A stretch of DNA of 64,000 nt from Eledone cirrhosa (Eukaryota), in the NCBI GenBank assembly GCA_964016885.1, contig OZ024740.1, forward strand, positions 53,134,001 to 53,198,000. Direction: 5' to 3'. The notes under the pieces were generated by a model, which did no database searches, was not told where the DNA came from, and saw nothing but the letters and a program-made list of their open reading frames with translations. Shown here piece by piece: positions 54,356 to 64,000 of this stretch. Each line of letters starts with the position of its first letter. Position 1 is the first letter of the stretch. The translations under genes were made by a program, and so were the position numbers.

Positions 54356-56500
54356 TTAAACCATATTTAATGCTGGTCTATATTTTTGAATAAACATATT
54401 TTCCTTATTCATTCGTATTTGTTCTGTTGTATTGTTAGCACAAAGGTAAAATGGGAAGACTTGGAATTTGGGTGTCTTATTACTTGCGCAAAAGTCTAGA
54501 TATGCACTTAGTGGTATCTGTCTCGTGGTCGGATCTCGTAATTGTTGGCGATGAACTGTCATTCTGTTTCTGAGTGTGAGTTTAGTTTGTCCTATATAAT
54601 GTTCATTGCATCCTTTACATTTAATGGCATAAATCAGATTTTTTGATGAGCAAGTGAAGTGATTTTTTACAGTAACATTTTATCCTGATTTAAATGTATA
54701 CGTATTGCCTTCAATGAGGTGAGTGCAGGTTCCACAATTAGAGCGACCACATTTTTTGATACTTGGTTGTGGGTTTGTGGTAGGTAATTTGGCATTGGTG
54801 AGTAATGTTTTCAGTGATTTTGGTTGTCTTTTGCTTTTGATTATTTTGTGTGTTTCAAGGGCTTTTTTCATTCATGGGTTTTGTTTTAGTAGTGGGATGT
54901 TCTTCTGAATAGTGTTGTAAGCTTCCGCATTTCTTGGGTTGTGTGTTGAGATATATGATAGAATATTGGACGTACCTTGAATTTGTTTCTGTTTCCGTAA
55001 TTCATCAATGCCTATTGCTTTAGCCCTTTCTATTCCATTATTTATTAGTAATAGTGAGTACTCTCTCTCGAGTAGAAGTTCCTTTAATTCTTGAAGTCTT
55101 TTATTTCGCGTTTCATAATTGGAGACAATTGTGCAAATTCTTCTTGCTAGGTTAAAAGGAATGTTCGTCTTCGTGTGCTTTGGATGGTTGGAGGTGAATA
55201 GCAGATATTGTTTGGAATCTGTTCGTTTGTAGTGTATGTCAGTTTCGATATTTATGTCTTTTTTTCAGATTAAGATGTCCAGAAATGGGAGTTGATCTTG
55301 GCTGTATTCCATTGTGAATTGGATGTGGTTATTGATCCCGTTTATTAAGTTTTTGAAATCCTTCAGTTGGTCGAGTGTGTGGGACCAAAGAATGAGGCAA
55401 TCATCCAAGTAGCGTTTCCAATTCTCTGATAAATATTTGTGGAAGTTCAATCCGTATTTTGATTTGGACTGTTCATATATCTGGACTTCTAAGTATGCCA
55501 TGACTAAGTTGGCATACTTAGCCAGAATACTATTGCTTCTAGTCCGTATTGGTGTGGGATCGTTGTGTAGAGATTCACTACATCGAAAGACACAATAATA
55601 GTGTCGTTGTTGACATGTTTGGGGAGGTGGTTTAAGAGGTCCAGATCGTCTCTTACAACGCTTGGTATGTGTTTCAGAATTGGTTTCAGTAGTATGTCTA
55701 TAAAGTTGCTCAGTCTGTGTGTTTCACATTGTGGGCCCGCTACAATTGGTCTTAATTTAAGGTCTGTGGGGTATTGTGTGTTCACGCCGGCTGAGGTGGA
55801 TTGTTTACAGGCATCGTTGATTATTTTACACTTGTGGATCTTCGGAAGTCCGTAAAGGTTGCTGGTTTTGTATTCAAAATTTGTTAAATAATCGCGTTCC
55901 TTTTTAGTTAGGTCTTCCTGGTATCGATAAATCAGTGTGTTTAATCTGGTCATTATTTTTGATTGCTGGTAGTTTTTTACTCTTTCATAGTAATTAGTAT
56001 TTTGTAAGAGAGAGAACATAGAATTTTTATATTTTTCAGCCTCCATAATGACAACAGTACTTCCCTTGTCCGCTTCCTTAATTATAATGTCCGTATTGTT
56101 TTTTAGTTCATGGATAATCTCCCATTCCCTTCGACTCGTGTTGGGTTTGGGTTTAGGTTGCAGTAGTTCATGGTATGGGAAGGTAGCTATGTGGTCACAA
56201 AATTTGTCCAGAACTCTGTTTCTACCATTTGTTGGGTTGTAGTTGCTTTTATTCCGTACAATTGATTCGTCGTTATTCTCCTTCTCAAATAATTCCTCTG
56301 TGAGACGTAATTTTCTACAGAAGTGTGAGATATCGTCATTTATCTCATTGGGGTTAGAGTATTGTGGTGTTGGTGTGAATTTCTGTCCTTTGGAGAGAAT
56401 TTTACTTGTTGGGCTGAGAGGTTTGTATTTGAAAGGTTAATTATTTTCGGTTTTTCAAAATCGGTTTGTGCCACCGGGTGTCGTGAGTCCTGTAGCCTTG
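54356..56500 (-). pseudogene. PLE reverse transcriptase-GIY-YIG endonuclease ORF, frameshifted
   Basis: IKEADKGSTVV, LYGLPKIHK, LRPIVAGP, SFDVVNLYTTIP, WKRYLDDC, LPFLDI, Cys linker KCGRSNCGTC, NLIYAIKCKGCNEHYIGQT...RMTVHRQ; deletion near 55525. Confidence 0.88.
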
Positions 56501-57174
56501 GTCTAAAAAATGATTTTTCTGGAATGTTTTTTCAATGGTATTATTATATCTAATGGTATTTCCCCTGTTGTTGTGTGGTCTTGTATAGAAGTTTCGGACG
56601 TATTGAGGTTCGGTTTGTTGATAGTCCGGGTTGTAGATTTTGTTCCTTTGTGTGGGTTGGCATCTACGGTTTTGTAACAGGCTCTGTGTGGGCAGGGGTC
56701 TACGGTTTTGGAATAGGTTTTGTGTGGGATGTGATCTACGGATCAGGTCCTGCCTTGTGTTCGGGATCTTTGGTTTTTGTTAGTAGGGTTATAGTTTTGT
56801 CTATGGTTTCTGGGATTATCGTTATAGTTTTGCTGGGGTATGTTGGACGTTTTGTTACTTTTTTTGTTATTTGTTGTGCATGTGGTGTGTGAGTTTTAGT
56901 TTGTTTTAAAAATGGATTACCTGTATGTTGTTCATTTTTGAAGTCCATTTCGTGAGCCACCTTTTTTTTAAGTAAAGAAATTCAAACACACACACACACA
57001 ATACAAACACACACACACGCACACACACACAAGCACACAAATAAACATACATATCTTTACTTTCTTTATTCAATAGAAAATCTGAATTCTGACATCCCAG
57101 CGAACTAATCATATTCACTGAACCAGAACAATTCTCCCATTCCTTTCTCTTGACCATTATCTTTGACTTATCAT

Positions 57175-57362
57175 GGCGGTAGATAGGCAGTATCGGTGGA
57201 GGGTCGGACGCCATGCTTTCCAGCATAGTTACGTCCCTTTACGATCTGAGTTCAAATCCCGCCGAGGTTGACTTTGCCTTTCATCCTTACGGGGTCGATA
57301 AAATAAAGTACCAGTAATGCAATGGATAATTGCTGGCCTTGTGCCTAAAGTAGAAACAATTA
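57175..57362 (+). mobile_element. Full-length SINE inserted in right pLTR (TSD about 19 bp)
   Basis: Flanked by attatctttgacttatcat and attatctttcatttatcat. Confidence 0.85.
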
Positions 57363-57749
57363 TCTTTCATTTATCATAAAATTCGCTAAAAAGGCTACAG
57401 AATGGATTTCCAAATAAGGGCACGAAAATTTAATGAAAACTTGTTCACGTGACAGCCATAATTTCATTTATAATCATCCAAAAAAAAAAAGCCTTCGTGA
57501 GCCCCTTTGTTCAAGTAAAAAGAAATTCAAACACTCATATATGAAAAAACAACCTGTGACAACCCCCCACCTCTTATTTGAAGAACTATTGTAACGCGAA
57601 CTGGCGCGAAATTTATTATAATTATTGACAAACCAATCAAATTACTTCTCGAAAAACCTGGCATTTCGAGCCACTTTTCCCATATAAAACAAGTAACATT
57701 CAGAGACAACCAGATGTGAGAAAAACCACAGACTCTCCATCTCAACCCA

Positions 57750-57784
57750 CCTTTTGAAAAGCAGAAGTGCGAAACCGGTAAAGG
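57750..57784 (+). ncRNA. Minimal type I hammerhead, U3-A8 variant (family A)
   Basis: cctt-TTGAAAA-gca gaag tgc-GAAA-ccgg-TA-aagg. Confidence 0.7.
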
Positions 57785-57921
57785 AACCAAATAAATATAT
57801 ATATTTAAAAAAAAAATAAGACTCCAGTTGCATTTTCGATTTCATCTCTTTTTCTTTATACTTTCACTCGTGTAGGACACCTCGGTTATTTTTCAATTTG
57901 TAAAAAAAAAAAAACCGTCAC

Positions 57922-57993
<72 letters not shown>

Positions 57994-58135
57994 TTACGTT
58001 AATAGGAGTTAGGTATTGTATACCCGTGTCCCATTAAGGTATTGGCAGCATAATAATTAGCTCTATGCTTTGGAGCAGAGCCGTATATATGATAAAGAAC
58101 ACAAGAGCGTCTACAACATCAAAAGATTTTTATTG

Positions 58136-58180
58136 GCTTACAATGTTTCTTCCTTACGTAACCGCAGGACTCGTCAGAGC
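58136..58180 (-). ncRNA. Canonical minimal type I hammerhead
   Basis: Minus strand reads gct-CTGACGA-gtcct...aggaa-GAAA-cattg-TA-agc; flanks are related to the 14144-14190 family. Confidence 0.65.
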
Positions 58181-58465
58181 TATAAAAGGGGTTTGATTGG
58201 TGTTATGGACACTACCAACCAAACATTCAAGAACAAAGAGTAAAGAGAGTAAAGAGCAAAATGTTTGATTCTTATAGAATTCCAGTAATAATCAGGAACT
58301 GATTATACAGAGCGATTGAAAATTAGAATATTGCTATTTCAAAGCACCAATTCTAATTTTAAATTTTTTCTGAACCGGCAACCGCTCTGTATAATCAGTT
58401 CCTCATTATTACTGGAATTCTATAAGAATCCAACATTTATAGTTTTCAACAGACAAAGCGAGTGC

Positions 58466-58513
58466 TAAGCTCTGATGATTACCAACAGTATGAAACAGAG
58501 ATCTGTCAGCTTA
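58466..58513 (+). ncRNA. Canonical minimal type I hammerhead
   Basis: taagct-CTGATGA-ttac caaca gtat-GAAA-cagagatctg-TC-agctta; lies in the tail of the inverted repeat 58261-58436. Confidence 0.75.
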
Positions 58514-58759
58514 TCTCTCGTTGTTTGTTGAAAACAGAAGTGACATAGTCACTACTTTAAAACAATAGCGCAATGTCTTCAAAATGTTTTTAATTAAGCA
58601 TACAGTATATTGCCAAATATACTATATATACATTCACATATATATATATGAATGTATACCAACGTATATATATATATAAATATATATAGTAAGTAAATAT
58701 TCTTACTATATATAAATATATATAGTAAGAATATTTTCGAAACAGCGAGTGGGTTTGAA

Positions 58760-59076
58760 ATTATTAGAAATGTAATTTATCGCCGTATTTTGACTAAAGA
58801 AATTAAAGAAATTATTTAGCCTGATGTGGGGTTAAGAACCCTCGGAGAAATGGAAAAAGATGAGTATTGCCGTACATGGGAGTCGAACCCACATCTTTGG
58901 TTGTCTGGACCACTGTGATGTGTTGGTAGCACAGTGGTCCGGATAACCAAAGATGTGTGTTCGACTTCCATGTACGTCAATACTCATCTTTTTCCATTTC
59001 TCCGAGGGTTGTTAACCCCACTATCAGGCTAAATAATTTCTTTAGTCAAAATACGACGATAACTTACATTTCTAAT

Positions 59077-59078
<2 letters not shown>
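58760..59078. repeat. Long hairpin of two inverted copies of a tRNA-like-headed repeat
   Basis: Arms at about 58760-58917 and 58930-59078; tagcacagtgg and gttcgactt boxes; related sequence at 27250-27410. Confidence 0.65.
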
Positions 59079-59154
<76 letters not shown>

Positions 59155-59266
59155 TTGTAATAAAATGAAAACGAAATTTCATTTCTCACTCTTAGTACGG
59201 CACTTACTTAAATGTAAGTATGTATGTACACGTACATACATATATGTATACAGACGTACAGTAGCA

Positions 59267-59356
<90 letters not shown>

Positions 59357-59479
59357 CAACTTATCGCTCTCGGTTCGCCTGGCCGAACTCACTCGATATG
59401 CAAATTAGGCTGCTCAGCCGTTAATTTTCATAGTGAAAGTATATACTTTCGAACGTTCAACCATCTGGCAGAAGGGTAT

Positions 59480-59522
59480 ACGGTGCTGATGATAGCTAAC
59501 AAGCTTGAAACTAGTACATCGT
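59480..59522 (+). ncRNA. Canonical minimal type I hammerhead
   Basis: acggtg-CTGATGA-tagct aaca agctt-GAAA-ctag-TA-catcgt. Confidence 0.8.
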
Positions 59523-59851
59523 TCCTGTGTCAGTGTTGAACAAAAAGGTGACGTGGTTGCCTTAACACCGTACGGCATAAATTCAGGCTGTTCAGTTTGT
59601 TTACAAACGAACAAAGCGGGCGTTATAATAAGCGTTCGCTAAACTGATACGTACATATATGTATGTGTACCTGTATGTATATATTATGTATGTATATATA
59701 TATGTATGTATATATGTATGTATGTATATATGTATGTATGTATATGTATATGTAAGTGTATATATATGTATGTATGTATATATGTATGTATGTATGTATG
59801 TATATATGTATGCATATATGTATGTATGTATGTATATATGTATGTATATGG

Positions 59852-60260
59852 GAGAGATGACCCCTTAGCCTTTGTCAAGGCAGAATTCTAGGAGAAGGAA
59901 AACTCTGATATAACACCTGCAACTCTGATGGTATCCAATGATGTTGACTTGTTCTTCTTTTTGGTAAATATCATCTTGGTTAAGAGAGTGGGACTGGCTT
60001 TGTGCAGTGCCTTTGCTCACTATAAAAGCTTCACGGCACAGGCATTGCTTTATATCTGGAGATCTCCCTGCACTTGTCGTCACATGATACCATGGGCCCA
60101 GCACTAAGTGTCAATAATTGTCACAAGTGTAGTGTTTGTACCAGAGTTTTCAAGTCGCTGGCTGGACTAAAAAGTCAAACTCGTTCAGCGCATCGGTAGG
60201 GGTTCTCCTACATGGATATAAAGTAGTGGCCGTACTCGAAAACGAGTTGGCAGCCACCAT
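59852..60260 (+). mobile_element. Short bipartite RTE-derived non-autonomous element
   Basis: RTE 5'UTR-like ctaggagaaggaaaactctga joined to the C-terminal zinc-finger remnant CSVCTRVFKSLAGLKSQTRSAH and a 3' stem-loop actcgaaaacgagt. Confidence 0.55.
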
Positions 60261-60334
60261 ATATATATATATATATGCATGCTACTCTACGTCTGTATAC
60301 ATATATGTATGTACGTGTACATACATACTTACAC

Positions 60335-60366
<32 letters not shown>

Positions 60367-60373
60367 GTATATA

Positions 60374-60444
<71 letters not shown>

Positions 60445-60451
<7 letters not shown>

Positions 60452-60862
60452 TAAACAAATAATGAATAAACAATTCCTTATATTAAACAAAAAAAGTTCA
60501 TTATTTAACGATCGTTTCTAGGATATATATGTGTTAGAGTTGGCATGCATATTCAACAGATCTATGTACAAAATAATACAAAATTATACAAACTATCAAG
60601 ATTAAATATACATACCAACACATATATACGCCGTCTTCAGAAATAATATATCCTAGAAACGATCGTTAAATAATGAACTTTTTTTGTTTAATATAAGGAA
60701 TTGTTTATTCATTATTTGTTTAATATTTTATCTTGACTCTGTATACCGTTTATCTTTCACCGAAAGTGATTTTTCATTACATTTCTTCTTTCCATGATAT
60801 CCGGAATACATTGAGTTCTTCATACGGATTGGACACTACCGTAAACTCTTGGTAGATTTATC

Positions 60863-60864
<2 letters not shown>
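60445..60864. repeat. Hairpin-plus-tail insertion in (TA)n containing a full HHR on the minus strand
   Basis: Arms at about 60445-60530 and 60645-60730; tail runs to 60864. Confidence 0.75.
60499..60648 (-). ncRNA. Type I hammerhead with stem-loop II of about 115 nt
   Basis: Minus strand reads tattattt-CTGAAGA-cggcgtatatatgtgttgg...ctaacacatatatatccta-GAAA-cgatcg-TT-aaataatg. Confidence 0.65.
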
Positions 60865-60915
<51 letters not shown>

Positions 60916-60938
60916 GTTGGTATACATTCATATACAAC

Positions 60939-60986
<48 letters not shown>

Positions 60987-61070
60987 GTTGGTATACAAGA
61001 TCAAGGAAAACAGTGTTCAATCTGTTGGAAGAGAGCTTACTTAGTTTAAACAGTTTCATACACTTAACAT

Positions 61071-61155
61071 GTGCTACCATTGGTTTCGGAGTCCAGCCAT
61101 AGCAACCACTATATCATGGAGGAGGCACTTTTAAACTGGGCCTTCATTCAGGCAC
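61071..61155 (-). ncRNA. Type I hammerhead with 1-nt core insertion (CTGAATGA)
   Basis: Minus strand reads gtgc-CTGAATGA-aggcccagt...gctggactcc-GAAA-ccaatgg-TA-gcac. Confidence 0.5.
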
Positions 61156-61260
61156 GTGGCCAACAATATGAAAAAGGGAAGTTGTTGACTCTAGGCTAAA
61201 TCTTCCTCCGAACTGTGGAGACGTATATTTCTGGCTTGAAATTTTCTTGGGCTATTCTGT

Positions 61261-61325
<65 letters not shown>

Positions 61326-61330
<5 letters not shown>

Positions 61331-61510
61331 TGAGTTTTTTTTATAAAATGAAAAAAGACGAGTTGTCCTACACGAGTGAAAGTATAAAGAAAAAAGATGA
61401 AATCGAAAATGTAACTGGAGTCGTTTTAAAAAAAAAAAAATTATTTGGTTCCTTTACCGGTTTCGCATTTCTTGTGCTTTTCAAAAGTAGAATTGAGATG
61501 GATGGTTTGT

Positions 61511-61512
<2 letters not shown>
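61326..61512 (-). mobile_element. Diverged family A pLTR end with U3-A8 HHR (61451-61487)
   Basis: Homologous to 1975-2175; core TTGAAAA, gca/tgc stem II and GAAAccggTAaagg are preserved despite flank divergence. Confidence 0.75.
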
Positions 61513-61582
<70 letters not shown>

Positions 61583-62069
61583 TAATAACGAGGTGTTGAA
61601 CTACAGAGTCGTTAAAACGTCGGATAGAATGGATTGTTTGGTGTTTTCGTTCCGAACCTCTTCGTTCTGGTTTTAAATCCTGTCCAGGAAAACTTTGATA
61701 AGAACGTACCAGTCCACTACAGAGGTCGGTTCATCATCTATAACTTGTCTCAGTTGCTTTATATCATTCTCTTACCTTCCATAGAAGAAATTGGCTGCAT
61801 TCAGACCTGGAAAGAAATAGTCTCGGCCAGTCTTTCAAAAAGGATCTTATGAAACACTACCCAGCCTCTGCGATTCCACAAGGATTTACTGATCCATACA
61901 TATAGTAATACCTTCCATCGTAATTTGTTATCAATGCTTGTTCTTATTGTTCTTCCTTCTGTTATCTACTTTAATATATATATATATAGAAAGAGAGGGA
62001 GAGAGGGCAATGTGTTTTACTGAGTGCTGGCTAGGAGGCTATCAAGTTTCTTAGCAAAGAACGAACGGA

Positions 62070-63450
62070 TTTATTACATCCATACTGAGAGCTGGTGCCC
62101 CAGGATTCCCATTATGTTTAAGGCATGCTTTGATGTTTTATAACCCTTGTTAAAGATAAATACCGGACCACCAGGCTGTTTTGTTTGACTTCGTAAAGGC
62201 CTAGGTATCAGTCCCCAATGCGCTGATACATAAAGTATTAGTTTTCTGTTGCATTTCAAAACGTGTAGGCAGCTTCTAATTACTACCTTGAATTGGTAGC
62301 AATGAGATTCACTACAAACGTTTGAAACCAAATAATATGCACTAAAATCTGTCCTGATGATGGAGTGCACCATTCCTCTTTGTGATGGCTATCGCGGTCG
62401 TGCTGAGACGTGTAAGAAGTTGATCGGTAGGTATAAAAATAGGAGAATGCTTTGATGAATGGCATCACTGCTATTATGGAAACAAGGAAAGAAGCAAAAC
62501 CTCCAAGAAAAATTATTCAATCAAAGTCGACTGCGCACCAGGCAAAGCTAAAACAAGTGTTAACTGCCATTGATAAAAGACTTTTGTAGGGAAGTTTAAG
62601 GCGTGGTACAACAGTATGGTCTTTTACCGAAGCTGCTATTGCCCCTCCATGTCTACGTAATATCTTTGACAAGAATCGAGAAAATGGAGAGATAGGTGTT
62701 AACAGTTTCTTTGGAAGATGGCTTAATCTCTTGCCAAACTGTACAAAAGAAGGTTTATAGCACTACTCTCACACTCCAACTAACTTTAACAGCTCTGATA
62801 GAGGAATTAAAGAAGCAAAAGTTCATCGCCATATGATATTGCGTGATTCGGAGGAATCTATTTTCGCATAACCCAGCTATGTGGGATCATAGGCAGAAAA
62901 TAGAAAATAAGAAAAGCGCAGAGGGAAGCAAATCAAGAAGGTAGTGATAGGCGTTATGCAGAACACATAGGTAGGAGAGGGACTAACACTGATAAAGTGG
63001 ATGTCCTGCCACAAAAAGGCAAGAAATTGTAATATGAAATTCGCCACATTGAGGATGAGTAGTATATGATCAGGTTAGTAAGGTGAGGGAGCCGATTTGT
63101 TTGGACATCATTGCAGGTAGCGGAACGAAGAAAGCTCTCATGAAACAGATTATGGAAAACGGCGCCGGTAAGGTTGCAGTTCCGGTTGAGAGCTGTGAAT
63201 GAAGTGCTACTATCCCCAGCCAGTATGAGATGGGGTTGGAGTAAAATAGAGCAATACAACTGATTGCCACGTCTGAGGAGGTTATACATCATTTAAAAAT
63301 GCTTTGGTACTTGTAAGCCATCCCTGACGAGGTAAGCCTGGTGGCATAGCGAAGTCCTGGGCGTCTCTGTTGAAAAGTCAATGCAAGGCAGTATCCTGTT
63401 GTCTTCCAAAAGGAGAGTATGAAAGGACAACGCAGAAAGTGGAATAAACA
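62070..63450 (-). mobile_element. Ancient APE-type LINE remnant (CR1/L2/Jockey-like)
   Basis: PHLILAGDS resembles the APE motif ILxGDFN; otherwise highly decayed. Confidence 0.3.
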
Positions 63451-63859
63451 TAAGATTCCTGCGAAATGTCAATGATTGGAAAATACATTCTGACTTGTAA
63501 AAAAGCGCTCGTATTCATAAGCCTCATTGCTTTAACATCACAACACCTGACCGTATGGTATGGTTCAATTTGGTAAGATGTCTTGATTGCTTGTTCATAG
63601 AGCTTTGGGAAGGAAGTATGGAGTGGACTCGTGAAGGAAAGCACAGAAAACAAGAAGAACTAGAGGAGTCATATGAGGGTTGGAAGATGGTATTGTACAT
63701 TGCTTCTAGTTGGGATGGCATGACGTAGATTTGTGGCTGGATCCATCATATCCCTACATGGCTGACATTGCACTCTGAAAGGAGAATAAAGAGCTGTTTC
63801 AAGAAATGGAGAGGGAAGCAGAAATGCTTCTTTGTGGATATGACAAAATAGCGATGGTA

Positions 63860-63905
<46 letters not shown>

Positions 63906-64000
63906 TACACACACACACATACACACACACATATACATACACAAACACACACATATATACATACACACACATAGACATATACAAACACACACATACACAC

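Larger units (their letters stand above)
52840..57930 (-). mobile_element. Penelope-like element (Neptune-like) with inverted pseudo-LTRs
   Basis: Minus-strand RT + GIY-YIG; sense pLTR at 52840-53700 (HHR 52913-52950) plus an older partial duplicate at 53700-54260; inverted pLTR at 56945-57930 (HHR 57750-57784 on +); TA-rich flanks. Confidence 0.9.

Noticed and set aside
52840-57930. DNA transposon with long terminal inverted repeats
   Set aside because: The internal ORF is RT + GIY-YIG, not a transposase; the inverted repeats are Penelope pseudo-LTRs.
58925-58980. tRNA gene
   Set aside because: Only A/B-box-like motifs; no complete cloverleaf; part of a repeat.

Overview
AT-rich, microsatellite-dense eukaryotic DNA with no convincing host protein-coding gene. 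The tRNA-derived SINE families and the repeat landscape suggest an invertebrate, probably an octopus-like cephalopod (inference). The window is a retroelement graveyard. It holds two tandem Tx1/L1-clade LINEs embedded in (TATC)n, a decayed R4/Dong-type RT-RLE element ending in (AC)n, a decayed Neptune-like Penelope element (RT + GIY-YIG) with inverted pseudo-LTRs, RTE, CRE and APE-LINE fragments, a non-autonomous Helitron and many SINEs. The main unannotated signal is about 20 type I hammerhead ribozyme (HHR) motifs or remnants, read by eye in Penelope-type termini and tandem repeats between (TA)n tracts. At least four unrelated repeat families use the rare compensatory core UUGANAA (U3-A8) instead of CUGANGA (C3-G8). 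Two of these are tandem 585-bp and 523-bp units with one HHR per unit, a retrozyme-like, potentially circRNA-forming design. All structures were inferred manually and no folding or database search was run.
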